NCBI GenBank assembly: GCA_963722175.1
Contig: CAVRKA010000001.1
Coordinates: 117,555 to 181,554 of the forward strand
DNA: 64,000 bases
Reading direction: 5' to 3'
DNA from: an uncultured Solirubrobacterales bacterium
GTDB taxonomy: Bacteria > Actinomycetota > Thermoleophilia > Solirubrobacterales > 70-9
Every line of letters begins with the position of its first letter. Positions within the stretch are counted from its first letter, which is position 1. Shown here in pieces: positions 43,636 through 53,672 of this stretch. Below the pieces are notes generated by a model. The model searched no databases. It was not told where the DNA came from and saw only the letters and a program-made list of their open reading frames with translations. Made by a program: the position numbers and the translations under genes.

Positions 43636-46583
43636 GTGAGGGGTTTCTGGGGAGTGCTGGGGTTGGTGTGCGTCTGCACGGTCGCGGCCGCGCCGGCGAG
43701 CGCCGAGGTCAAGGCCGGCGCCGCGGTCGCCGACGCGAGCTGGCACGTCGGCGCGTCGGCCGGGCAGTACGCGTCCGACGGGACCTTCGGGGTCGATCCC
43801 GCCGACGGGACCTACGACCCGACCACCCATGCGACCCGGCGGGCGACCTCGTACGGGATCCAGTCGCGGCTCGAGGTCCGGGCGCTGGTCATCGAGGGGC
43901 CGGGCGGCAACCGGATCGCGATCGCGAAGACCGACCAGTACGTCCCCCAGGACCTCCTCTACCGCCGCGCCGCGCAGCTGCTCGAGACCGAGGGGGATTG
44001 CGGGATCACGCGGAGCACGCTGACGATGACCGCCACCCACAACCACTCCTCGCCGATGTACTCGTCCACGTCGTGGGGGGTGTGGGCGTTCCAGGACGTC
44101 TTCGACGTTCGCTTCTACAACTACCTCTCGCGCCAGATCTTCGAGGCCGTCGAGGCCGCCTGCGACGAGCTCGTCCCGGTCCGGGTCGGCGCCGCGGTCG
44201 GGCAGTTCGACAAGACCCACCGCCACTCCTACGGCCCGGCGGTCGGCGACGACGGCACCCCGGCCGGCTATCCGTTCTCCGACACCGACCACGATCTCAG
44301 CATCGTCCGCTTCGATGACGTCTCCGACCCGGATCACCCGAAGCCGGTGGCCAACCTCGTCAACTGGAGCGGCCATCCGGAGTTCCTGGAGGGCAACGAC
44401 CTGATCGCCGCCGACTACATCGGCCCGGCGGAGCGGATGCTCGACCGCGAGACCGGCGCGGTGACCGTCTGGACCCAGGGGGCGGTGGGCACCGCCGAGC
44501 CGGAGCGCTCGACCTACCACTCGATCCACGAGCGGCTCGAGTTCCCGCACAAGGACTACGCCCAGGCCGAGTACGGGGCCCACCTGCTGGCCGACTCGCT
44601 GCTCGGCGTCTGGCAGGGGATCGGCACCGACGCCCCGCCCGACCGCGACCGCTATGTCCCCTTCTCCACCGACTTCCCGGTGCAGATGACCGACCGCTGG
44701 TACCCGGGCCCGCTCTCCCATCCCTACCCGGGTGTCTCCAACTGCCGCGCCGACAGCGGGCTCGCCGGCGACCCGCTGATCCCGATCGTCGGCCTGCCCG
44801 ACTGCCAGGGGGTGCTCCAGGGCCTGGGCTCACTCTCCGACCTGCTCGGGTTGCCGGAGCCGCCCGTCCCCGAGCTGCCGGCGATCGACCCCGGGCTCAG
44901 CACGGACGACTTCCAGGCGCTCGGGATCCCGGTGCCCGAGAACTACGGGGCCCCGGCCTACACCGGCCTCGAGGAGGACATCGACGTCCACCTCCAGGGG
45001 ATCCGCCTCGGCGACCTCTACCTGCCGATCTGCTCCTGCGAGCAGTGGTACGACCAGAGCACGAACATCAAGACCCGTACCGACAGGATCCTCGACAACG
45101 AGCACCTCGGCTACGATTGGGGAGACCAGTGCACCGCCAACGGCGACGGGACCTACGCCGCCGACGGCAGCGGCACGGGGACCTGGTCGTGCCCGAACCC
45201 CCAGGACGGCTCGCAGACGCTGACGATCAGCGACCTGCACTACCAGCGGATGCGGGCGCAGGTCAACAACCCCGCCAACGGCTGGAACAACATCGAGAAC
45301 GTGCTCACGGCGGAGTCCGAGCCGGTCGACCCACGTCAGATCAAGGGCAACTACACCCACGACGACGACGCGACCTCGGCGGCGCTCGGCTACGGCCTGA
45401 CGATCCCGATCTCCATGGCCAACGACTACAACGGCTACATCGCCACCTACCGCGAGTACCAGCGCGGCGACCACTACCGCAAGGCGCTCACCGGCTGGGG
45501 GCCGCACTCGAGCGACTACATGGCGACGCGGCTCGTCTACATCGGCCGCCAGCTGCGCAACCCGGGGGTGGCCCTGCCGCCCGACATGGCGACGGAGGCG
45601 CTGCTGGCACCCAAGACCGCCGCCGACCTCGCCGTCAACGACGCCCGCGCCGAGGCGCTGGGGACCGCCGGCCAGGCGGCGATCGACGCCTACGAGGCGG
45701 CGCTGCCCGACGAGGCGCCGGTCGCGCCGGTGAGCCAGCCGGCGGACGTCGAGCGCTTCGGCGCCGCCCTCTTCACCTGGAACGGGGGCTCGAACTTCAC
45801 CGACAACCCGGTGGTCACGGTCGAGCGCGAGATCGAGCCGGGCGCTGGGGGACCTACGCCGATCAGTCGGGCGAGATCCCGGTGACGCTCGAGTTCCCGC
45901 GGGGGGAGGAGGTCGCGAGCTACCTGACCGGCGGCCAGGCCTGGCCGTGGACGGCGCACTTCGAGGCCTTCGTCGCGCCCTTCGACACCGGCTCCGGGTC
46001 GCGCGCGACGCCGGCCGGGACCTACCGCTTCGTCGTCCACGGGATGCACCGCTCCGGCGGCGCGGCGGCTGCCTATGACCTGGTCTCGGACGAGTTCGAG
46101 GTCCGGCCGTGGAGCGGGATCACGGTCGAGGACGTCCGGCTGGAGCCGGACCGGACGGTGAGCTTCAGGGTCGGGCCGCGCTCGACTCACTCGGTCAGCG
46201 GCGGCGGCCCGCCGCTCGAGGCCGAGATCGGGCCGATCGACTACCCGGACTCCTACGACTCGCCGGCCCGGTTCATCGAGGATCGCCGCACCGCCTATCG
46301 CGACCCCGCCGCCCCCGGCGACGCGCGCCGGCTCGAGTGGTTCTGCTTCACCTGCAGCTTCCGGCCTTGGCTCGATGCCGGCAACGCGACCAGGGCCGTC
46401 GTCACGATCCGCGACGCCGCCTCCGGGCAGGTGATCGCCCGCGCCGGCGCCCACCGGGCCGGGGATCGCTGGGTGACCTCGCGTCACCTGGCTCGCGGAC
46501 AGGCGGCGAGGGTCGCCGTCGGCGGCGTCACCGACGCCTACGGCGACTACAACGGCGCGCCCTCGGCTCGGGTTCGACGCTAG
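43636..46583 (+). pseudogene. Neutral/alkaline ceramidase-like secreted hydrolase, reading frame broken near 45842
   Basis: GTG at 43636 plus a signal (GFWGVLGLVCVCTVAAAPASA). ...MTATHNHSSP... and ...ANDYNGYIATYREYQ.G.Y... resemble ceramidase motifs. Frame 1 stops at 45885, while ORF 45045..46583 (another frame) continues with ...RWGTYADQSGEIPVTLEF...PAGTYRFVVHG..., a ceramidase C-terminal-domain-like sequence. Confidence 0.6.
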
Positions 46584-46627
46584 CGCCGCCTCGTGGGGAC
46601 CGTCGGGGTCCCGCCTACCATTGCGCC

Positions 46628-47716
46628 ATGACCGTGGTCGTGAAGCTCGGGTCCTCGATCGTCGCCGACGAGCGCGGCGAGGTGCGCGCCGGCGTGCTCG
46701 ACAGCGTTTGTGGGCAGGTCGCCGACCTCCATCACGCGGGCGAGGACGTGGCGATGGTGACCTCGGGGGCGATCGCGCTCGGCTGGCGGCTGATGGAGCT
46801 CGAGCAGCGCCCCCGTACGGTCGACGAGCTGCAGGCGGCCTCGGCGGTCGGCCAGGGGACGCTGTTTCGCGCCTACGAGTCGCGGCTCGCGGAGCGGGGC
46901 GTGCACGCGGCGCAGGTGCTGCTGACCTCTCACGACCTGTCGGTGCGGATGCACTACCTCAACGCCCGCCAGTCGTTGCGGAAGCTGCTGGAGTGGCGCG
47001 CCGTCCCGGTCGTCAACGAGAACGACACCACGGCCACCGACGAGATCACCTTCGGCGACAACGACTTCCTCTCCGCCCAGCTCGCGCTTCTGCTCGGCGC
47101 CCGCCTGCTCGTCCTGCTCACCGACACCGACGGCCTGCATACCGCCGACCCGAGCCACGATCCCGAGGCGCGCCGGGTGCCGGTCGTCGACGACTTCGCC
47201 GAGCTCGGCCGCTACGAGATCGGCGATCGCGCCACGCTCTACGGATCCGGCGGCATGCGGAGCAAGGTCTCGGCCGCGGGGATGGCGAGCGCGGCCGGGA
47301 TCGCGGCGGCGATCTGCGACGGGACGGCGCCGCGGTCCCTGCTCGCGGCGGCCCGGGGCGACGACGTCGGCACGCGGTTCGTCGCCCACCCGGAGCGCAC
47401 CCCGTCGTTCAAGCTCTGGCTCCGCCACGCGAAGCCCGCCCGCGGCCGGGTCGTCGTCGACGAGGGAGCGGCGCGGGTCCTGCGCGAGAGCGGCTCGAGC
47501 CTGCTGCCGGTCGGGATCGTCGGGATCGAGGGCGAGTTCGCCGCCGGCGACGCGGTCGACGTCGTCTGCGGCGGGACTCCGGTCGGCAAGGGGATCGTCA
47601 ACTACTCTTCCGCCGAGCTGGTCAGGATCAAGGGATTGAAGTCGGCCCAGGTGCTCGAGCTGCTGCCGAACGCCTCCGAGGAGGCCGTTCACCGGGATCG
47701 GTTCGTACTCGCGTGA
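46628..47716 (+). CDS. proB: Glutamate 5-kinase
   Basis: ATG at 46628 in ORF 46109..47716. MTVVVKLGSS...VTSGAIA.G...VNENDT.AT.EI.FGDND.LSA... plus a C-terminal PUA domain. Confidence 0.9.
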   Translation: MTVVVKLGSSIVADERGEVRAGVLDSVCGQVADLHHAGEDVAMVTSGAIALGWRLMELEQRPRTVDELQAASAVGQGTLFRAYESRLAERGVHAAQVLLTSHDLSVRMHYLNARQSLRKLLEWRAVPVVNENDTTATDEITFGDNDFLSAQLALLLGARLLVLLTDTDGLHTADPSHDPEARRVPVVDDFAELGRYEIGDRATLYGSGGMRSKVSAAGMASAAGIAAAICDGTAPRSLLAAARGDDVGTRFVAHPERTPSFKLWLRHAKPARGRVVVDEGAARVLRESGSSLLPVGIVGIEGEFAAGDAVDVVCGGTPVGKGIVNYSSAELVRIKGLKSAQVLELLPNASEEAVHRDRFVLA

Positions 47717-48615
47717 GGCCGCGCCGCACGCGCGCGGTCAGCCTCGCCCTCGGCGCTCTGATCGTCAGCTCCGCGGCCGCGGCTCCGGGCGCGAGCGCCA
47801 GGGTGGTCGCGAGGTCGGCCGGCTCCGGAGCCGCGACCGCTCGCTACTGGACCGCCGAGCGGATCGCGCGGGCGCGGCCGCTCGCCGTCGTTCGCGCGGG
47901 CTCCGGGGCGAGCCTGAAACGGGCCCCGCAGCCGCCGGCCTTCGAGAGCTTCGCGGTTCCGGATCCGACCGTGCCCCCGTTGCCGACGAACGGGAAGGTG
48001 TTCGGCCTCCTGCCCGGGTTCGGCCTCTACGAGTGCTCGGCGACGGTGGTCGACAGCCCCGCGCGAACGGTGTTGATGACCGCCGGCCACTGCGTCTACG
48101 ACCCGCCGACGCGGACCGCGGGGCGGCGGCTGGTCTTCATCCCCTCCTACGAGGACGGCGCGCGGCCGTTCGGGCGCTGGACGGTGAGCGTTGCACGCAC
48201 GACCAGGGACTGGATCAAGAAGGAGAACTACGACTTCGACTACGCGACGCTGACCACGCGACCGCACAAGGGGGCGCTGATCGAGGACGTCGTCGGCGGC
48301 CGGCCGCTGGCGACCGATACGCCGCGCGCGCAGACCTACAACGCCTACGGCTATCCGGCGAACCTCGCCCGCGCGCAGCGGATGTGGACCTGTCGCGGGC
48401 CGTACGCGGGCGACGATCCGCGGCCGATCCCCGGCGGGCCGCCGCCGATCGGGATGGGCTGCGACATGAAGGCGGGCGCGAGCGGCGGCGGCTGGGTCGA
48501 CGACCTCGGCCGGCTCGTCTCGGTGACCAGCTTCGGCTACGGGGCGCGCAGGGGTTTCCTCTACGGGCCGTACCTGACCGCGAAGGCGGCCCGGCTGGTC
48601 GCGCGCTCGGGGTAG
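47713..48615 (+). CDS. Secreted trypsin-like (chymotrypsin-fold, Glu-endopeptidase-like) serine protease
   Basis: GTG overlaps the proB stop (GTGA). Signal ...AVSLALGALIVSSAAAAPGASA. His motif LMTAGHCV. Ser motif GASGGGW. Confidence 0.7.
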   Translation: MRPRRTRAVSLALGALIVSSAAAAPGASARVVARSAGSGAATARYWTAERIARARPLAVVRAGSGASLKRAPQPPAFESFAVPDPTVPPLPTNGKVFGLLPGFGLYECSATVVDSPARTVLMTAGHCVYDPPTRTAGRRLVFIPSYEDGARPFGRWTVSVARTTRDWIKKENYDFDYATLTTRPHKGALIEDVVGGRPLATDTPRAQTYNAYGYPANLARAQRMWTCRGPYAGDDPRPIPGGPPPIGMGCDMKAGASGGGWVDDLGRLVSVTSFGYGARRGFLYGPYLTAKAARLVARSG

Positions 48616-48760
48616 CCGCGCGGCGTCGCAGAGACTGGGCACTGAGGAAGTCGGGGCTGAATCAATCGGTCTGACATCCAGCAGTTGGTCGCGAAACCGA
48701 TCGATTCGCCAACGCGCTGTGCCCGACCAACGCCGAGATACCCGCCGGTACCCTTTGCGC

Positions 48761-50023
48761 ATGGCAATCGCGACCCTCAGCGTCACCGAGGCCTGCGAAG
48801 GGGCGCGGAGGGCCGCGCAGGTCCTGGCGAGCGCCGACACGGCGACCAAGGACCGCGCGCTCGAGCGGGTCGCGGAGCTGCTCTCCGAGCGCGCCGCCGA
48901 GGTGCTGGAGGCCAACGCCGCCGACCTCGCCGACGAGCGCGCCGCCGCGCTGACGCCGGCGCTGCGCGACCGGCTGACGCTGACGGACGAGCGGATTGCC
49001 GCGATGGCCGAGGGCGTGCGCGCGATTGTCGCGCTTGCCGACCCGGTCGGCGAGGAGCTGGACCGGCAGACTCTGGCCAGTGGCTTGGACCTGCGGAAGG
49101 TGCGGGTCCCGCTGGGCGTCGTCGCCGTGATCTACGAGGCGCGGCCCAACGTCACCGTCGACTGCGCCGCGCTGTGCCTGAAGAGCGGTAACGCGATTTT
49201 GCTGCGGGGCTCGAGCTACGCGCAGCGCTCGAACGCCGCGCTGGCCGCGCTGGTCCGCGAGGCCGTGGTCGACGCTGGGTTGCCCGAGGCCGCGGTCGAG
49301 CTGCTCGGTAGCGACCGTGACGAGCTTCAGGAGCTCGCGACGGCGGAGGGGCTCGTCGATCTGGTGATCCCGCGCGGGGGCGGCGGGCTCAAGGATGCGC
49401 TGAAGGCGGTCGCGACGATCCCGGTCATGTACGCGGCGGCCGGCAACTGCCACGTGTACGTGAACGCCGATGCTGACCTGGAGATGGCGCGGCGGATCGC
49501 GTTCAACGCCAAGGTCGACCGGCCCGGCGTCTGCAACGCGGCGGAGACCCTGCTGGTGCACGCGGACGTCGTGGGTGAGTTCCTGCCCGGTGTGCTCGCG
49601 GACCTGACCGCGGCGGGAGTCGAGCTCGTCGGCGACGAGCGCGTCCGGGCGGCGGCCGGCGGCACGACGGTGGGCGACGCGACCGACGCCGACTGGGACA
49701 CCGAGTACCTCGGGATGAAGATGACCGTCGGGGTCGTGGATTCGCTCGAGGGGGCGATTGACCACATCAACCGGCACGGCACCGGTCACTCGGAGGCGAT
49801 CGTGACGGAGTCCGACGAGGCGGCGGGCCGGTTCACCGCCGACGTCGACGCCGCCGTGGTCTACGTCAACGCGTCGACCCGCTTCACCGACGGGTACGTG
49901 TTCGGGATGGGAGCCGAGATCGGCAATTCGACCCAGAAGCTGCACGCCCGCGGACCGATCGGGCTCCGCGAGCTGACGACGACCAAGTACATCGTCCACG
50001 GCGACGGCCAGGTCCGGGGGTAG
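48761..50023 (+). CDS. proA: Gamma-glutamyl phosphate reductase
   Basis: ATG at 48761 in ORF 48719..50023. ...IYEARPNVT.D...LCLKSGNA.LLRG... and ...VCNA.ETLLVH... with the catalytic Cys context of ProA. Confidence 0.9.
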   Translation: MAIATLSVTEACEGARRAAQVLASADTATKDRALERVAELLSERAAEVLEANAADLADERAAALTPALRDRLTLTDERIAAMAEGVRAIVALADPVGEELDRQTLASGLDLRKVRVPLGVVAVIYEARPNVTVDCAALCLKSGNAILLRGSSYAQRSNAALAALVREAVVDAGLPEAAVELLGSDRDELQELATAEGLVDLVIPRGGGGLKDALKAVATIPVMYAAAGNCHVYVNADADLEMARRIAFNAKVDRPGVCNAAETLLVHADVVGEFLPGVLADLTAAGVELVGDERVRAAAGGTTVGDATDADWDTEYLGMKMTVGVVDSLEGAIDHINRHGTGHSEAIVTESDEAAGRFTADVDAAVVYVNASTRFTDGYVFGMGAEIGNSTQKLHARGPIGLRELTTTKYIVHGDGQVRG

Positions 50024-50046
50024 ACGTCGCGGGTCGGTCCTATGCG

Positions 50047-50643
50047 GTGCTCGGCGGGGCCTTCAACCCTCCGCACATCGGGCACCTGGTGCTGGCCCAC
50101 GAGGCGGGCTTCCAGCTCGACCTCGACCGGGTCGTGCTGATGCCGACCGGCAGGGCGCCGCACAAGGCGATCGACCCGGAGCCGGGCGCGGGCCTGCGCC
50201 TGGAGCTGACGACCCTGGCGGCCGCCGGCGACCGGCTGCTCGACGTCTCCGAGCTCGAGGTTCGCGACCCAGGCCTGTCCTACACCTACCGTACGCTGGA
50301 GCAGTTGAGCGAGCAGCGGCCCGGCAGGCAGATCCACCTCTTGATGGGAGCCGACGTCGCCGCGAACCTGGAGTCGTGGAAGCACCCGGAGCGGGTGCTG
50401 GAGCTGGCGCGGCTGGGGATTGCGGCGCGTCCGGGGACGGCGACGGACGAGGCCGAGGCCGCACTCCAGCGGCTCGGCGCGGAGGATCGGGCGGAATGGA
50501 TCCGGATGCCGGAGATCGACGTGTCGTCGACCGAGATCAGGCGCCGGGTCGCGCAGGGTCGGCCGGTGCGGTATCTGGTCCCGGATCCGGTGCTCGAGCT
50601 GATCGAGGCGATGGACCTCTATCGGGAGGCGGTGCGGGCGTGA
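50047..50643 (+). CDS. nadD: Nicotinate-nucleotide adenylyltransferase
   Basis: GTG start. GGAFNPPHIGHL is the (H/T)xGH motif. ...ISST.IR... lies near the C-terminus. Confidence 0.85.
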   Translation: MLGGAFNPPHIGHLVLAHEAGFQLDLDRVVLMPTGRAPHKAIDPEPGAGLRLELTTLAAAGDRLLDVSELEVRDPGLSYTYRTLEQLSEQRPGRQIHLLMGADVAANLESWKHPERVLELARLGIAARPGTATDEAEAALQRLGAEDRAEWIRMPEIDVSSTEIRRRVAQGRPVRYLVPDPVLELIEAMDLYREAVRA

Positions 50644-50668
50644 TGCGGCGGCTGTTGAGGTGCCTGAG

Positions 50669-51097
50669 ATGACCGCGGCGGCCGAGAACGCGGGCCGCGA
50701 GGCGGCGGTCGCCGAGCGCCGGGCCGAGACGCCGGGCGCGTCGGCGGAGCTGACGCGGCGGATCGCGACGATCGTCGACGCGAAGCAGGGCGAGCAGATC
50801 GTCGCGATCGACGTGCGCGAGCTGGTGTCCTACACCGACTACCTGGTGATCGCGACGGCGCGCAACGAGCGCCAGGCGAAGGCGATCGTCGACGAGGTCC
50901 GGCTGATGCTGAAGCGTGACGACGACCTGCTGCCGGCCCGGGCCGAGGGCGAGGCCGAGGCGCGCTGGGTGCTGCTCGACTACCTCGACTGCGTGCTCCA
51001 CGTGCAGGTGCCCGAGATGCGCGATCGCTACCGGCTCGAGCGCCTCTGGGGCGAGGGCGACCGGCTCGAGCTCGAGCTCGAGGCCGCCGCCGACTGA
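50669..51097 (+). CDS. rsfS: Ribosome silencing factor RsfS
   Basis: ATG at 50669 lies 8 nt after GAGG. ...D.K.....IDVR......DY.VIAT..N.RQ..AI.D.V.......W.LLDY.D..LHV... is the Iojap/RsfS pattern. Confidence 0.85.
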   Translation: MTAAAENAGREAAVAERRAETPGASAELTRRIATIVDAKQGEQIVAIDVRELVSYTDYLVIATARNERQAKAIVDEVRLMLKRDDDLLPARAEGEAEARWVLLDYLDCVLHVQVPEMRDRYRLERLWGEGDRLELELEAAAD

Positions 51098-51140
51098 CGG
51101 TCCGCCGGTCCGTCCGACGCCGCGCCTAGCTTCCCGAGCG

Positions 51141-51908
51141 GTGAAGGCGTTCAAGAGGTCGCTGTTCGGCTACCGCAAGAAGGATGTGGAGACGGCGCTC
51201 GCGGCGCGTGACGCGGCGGTCGCCGAGGGGGCGAAGTCGCTCGCCTGGCACGCCGGCGAGCTGGAGCGGCGCCGGGAACGGATCGCCGAGCTGGAGCTCG
51301 TCTGCGATCTGCTCAGCGACCGGGTGGTGCGGCGCGACCGCGAGCTGGAGTCGATGCGAGCGGAGCTGACCTGGGCGAAGCGCGAGGTCGACCGGATCGA
51401 GGCGATGGGCGCTCAGGCGCGCGGCCAGGCCACACGGATCAGATTGCAGGCGCTGCGCGAGGCCTCGGAGCTGTCGGCGCGGCTGTCGGCGGTGTCGCAG
51501 TCGCCGGCCGTCGACCGCGGCCGGTTGCTGGATGCGATCCGGGCCGCGATCGACCGCATGGGGCTGAAGGAGACCGCGACGGTGGCCGAGGCGAGGTCGA
51601 ACGGGCGGGTGCGCGATGCGGCCGATGAGATCTTCGAGGGGCTGGTCGAGGTCGAGGTCGGGCCGCTGGAGGATTTCTCGCAGCTGGTCGGGTTCGAGGA
51701 CGCCGCCGGGGCGATCGACGCGACTTCGGAGATCTCGGTGCGGCGGTTCAAGAGCGGCAGGGCGACGCTGGAGATGCGGCTCGCCGAGCCGGTCGAGCTG
51801 CTGCGCGAGCTCGAGGAGCGCGCGCCGTTCGAGTTCCAGGTGCGCGATCGGCGGTTCGACCGCCTCGTCCTCGACGTGGACCCCGCGACCGACTCCGACG
51901 CCCCATAG
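51141..51908 (+). CDS. DivIVA-domain coiled-coil protein
   Basis: GTG at 51141. N-terminal FKRSLFGYRKKDVETAL resembles the DivIVA lipid-binding/start motif. A long coiled coil and an unassigned C-terminal domain follow. Confidence 0.5.
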   Translation: MKAFKRSLFGYRKKDVETALAARDAAVAEGAKSLAWHAGELERRRERIAELELVCDLLSDRVVRRDRELESMRAELTWAKREVDRIEAMGAQARGQATRIRLQALREASELSARLSAVSQSPAVDRGRLLDAIRAAIDRMGLKETATVAEARSNGRVRDAADEIFEGLVEVEVGPLEDFSQLVGFEDAAGAIDATSEISVRRFKSGRATLEMRLAEPVELLRELEERAPFEFQVRDRRFDRLVLDVDPATDSDAP

Positions 51909-52041
51909 GCGGCGCCGGGCGGCGTCATCGGTCGCTCGTGTGCGGAGCACACGTCGCTCGCTGCTTCCTTGCCCGGCTTGCCTCTGAGGCGTCGGGTGAG
52001 TAACCGGCGCTCGGCCGGGCGCGGCGGGCTACGATCGCCGC

Positions 52042-52941
52042 ATGGGCCGGGGACGCTGCTTTTGGGTGCTCGTGGTCACGGCGGCGCTCGCCGCCGGCGT
52101 CGTCGCGTGGGCTTCCGCGGCGGCTCCGGGGGTGCCGTGGACGCAGTATCTGCCGGCGCTGCCGAGCCCGTCGCAGACGCATCCGAACCGGGTCGCGCAT
52201 TGCCCGCGGGCGAAGCTGAAGTGCGTCCGGGTCCAGATCGGGCGGATGCGGGCGTTGCAGGAGCGCCTGGGCTGCGACCACAAGGCGGTGTTCGCCACGA
52301 CGTATCTGGTGCTGACCGAGGCGCTGCGCGACGGGCTGCTCGCCGATCCGCACATGCTGCGCTGGCCGAGGTGGTTCTTCCGCGAGGACGCGCTGTTCGC
52401 CAACACCTACTTCCGGACCGTGAAGCGGTGGGAGCGGGGGGCGGAGGTGCCGCCGGCGTGGCGGATCGCGTTCGAGACCGCCGCCGACGGCGAGGTGCTC
52501 GGCTCGCAGGACATGCTGCTGGGGATCAACGCGCACGTCCAGAACGACATGCCGTTCGTGATCGCCCAGCTCGGGCTGCGTGACCGGAGGGGCGAGGCGC
52601 GCAAGCCCGACCACGACCTGACCAACGACGTGCTCGCGGCGGCGTACGAGGACGTGGTCGCCGCGGTCCGCGACCGCTACGACTCGAGCCTCGGGGTGAC
52701 CAACCCGCCCGGTGTCCCGGTCGACGACGTCGCCGGGCTGGAGATGGTGCGCGAGTGGCGCGAGCGGGTCTGGCGCAACGCCGAGCGCCTCGTCAACGCG
52801 AAGGACGACGCCGAGCGGGCCGAGGTCGCCGCTGACATCAAGTCCTACGCGGCGGAGTGGGCGCGAGGGATCGCCGCGGCGCCAAGCCCGGGCTACCGCG
52901 CCCAGCGAGACGCCTACTGCGAGCAGCAGCTCGGCGGCTGA
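52042..52941 (+). CDS. Secreted hypothetical protein (DUF5995-like)
   Basis: Signal MGRGRCFWVLVVTAALAAGVVAWASA. ...F.TTYL.LTE........F...YF......LLGINAHVQNDMPF... is recalled as the DUF5995 pattern. Confidence in the family name is low. Confidence 0.4.
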   Translation: MGRGRCFWVLVVTAALAAGVVAWASAAAPGVPWTQYLPALPSPSQTHPNRVAHCPRAKLKCVRVQIGRMRALQERLGCDHKAVFATTYLVLTEALRDGLLADPHMLRWPRWFFREDALFANTYFRTVKRWERGAEVPPAWRIAFETAADGEVLGSQDMLLGINAHVQNDMPFVIAQLGLRDRRGEARKPDHDLTNDVLAAAYEDVVAAVRDRYDSSLGVTNPPGVPVDDVAGLEMVREWRERVWRNAERLVNAKDDAERAEVAADIKSYAAEWARGIAAAPSPGYRAQRDAYCEQQLGG

Positions 52942-52979
52942 CCAGCCTTTCCGTCCGCGCCGGGTGCGAACATACGTTC

Positions 52980-53393
52980 GTGTCCGATCACGACCCGAAC
53001 CTGAAGGGCAACGTCGCCGAGCTGAAGATCGCCGCGGAGTTCGTGGGTGCCGGGGTCGACGTACTGCAGCCTGTCGGGGAACATGCCCGATATGACCTTG
53101 TGCTCGAGATCGGAGGTCGGTTCCTTCGTATCCAGTGCAAATCCGCTTCGCTGTATCGCGACGTCATCTGTGTCCGAAACCAATCAACACGGCGCGGTCG
53201 AGATGGATTCATCCGAAAGCCCTACACCGCCGACGAGATTGACGCGATTGCCGCCTACTGCCCCGAGGTCGACCGGTGCTACCTGGTCCCGATGGATGTA
53301 ATCGGGACCTCTCGACAGATCACGCTCCGGATAAATCCAACGAAGAACGGGCAGCGCGCTTGTCTAAACTGGGCGGCCGATTACGAGCTCCCT
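52980..53393 (+). CDS. PD-(D/E)XK endonuclease-like protein (group-I-intron-associated PDDEXK_5-like); no stop codon before the tRNA
   Basis: GTG at 52980. KGNVAELKIAAEFVGAGVDVLQPVGEHARYDLVLEIGGRFLRIQCKS...NWAADYEL has the D...E/QxK core arrangement. G+C is visibly lower, with many A/T-ending codons. The frame stays open into the tRNA gene. Confidence 0.5.
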
Positions 53394-53466
<73 letters not shown>

Positions 53467-53519
53467 CTTCGCAAACGACGCTCGGCGCCTATGAGTACCG
53501 CCAGAAGTTCGGCTGGTAC

Positions 53520-53672
53520 ATGGAACGCGCCGCCGCCGGCGAGAGCTTCCTGATCACCAGGCGCGGCAAGCCGTACGCTCGGCTCTCGCCGCCGCACGAC
53601 CAGCTCGACCTCCCGACCCCCGAGCCGGCCGAGGTCGTCCCGATCACCGAAGCCAAGGAGCGCCGCGCATGA
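53520..53672 (+). CDS. Phd/YefM-like antitoxin domain, apparently 5'-truncated
   Basis: The frame directly after the tRNA reads TTLGAYEYRQKFGWYMERAAAGESFLITRRGKPYARLSPP.... The ...G(E)...ITRRGKP.A.L.P motif is typical of Phd/YefM. The first canonical start is the ATG at 53520. The similarity begins about 15 codons earlier, where there is no start codon. Confidence 0.4.
   Translation: MERAAAGESFLITRRGKPYARLSPPHDQLDLPTPEPAEVVPITEAKERRA

Noticed and set aside
43513-44721. Upstream extension of the FG-GAP ORF (1150 aa, 41269..44721) overlapping the ceramidase-like gene.
   Set aside because: A signal-peptide start (MRTEPPARR...AAAHA) occurs at 43512. The extension is antisense to a gene with recognisable motifs and looks like high-GC noise.
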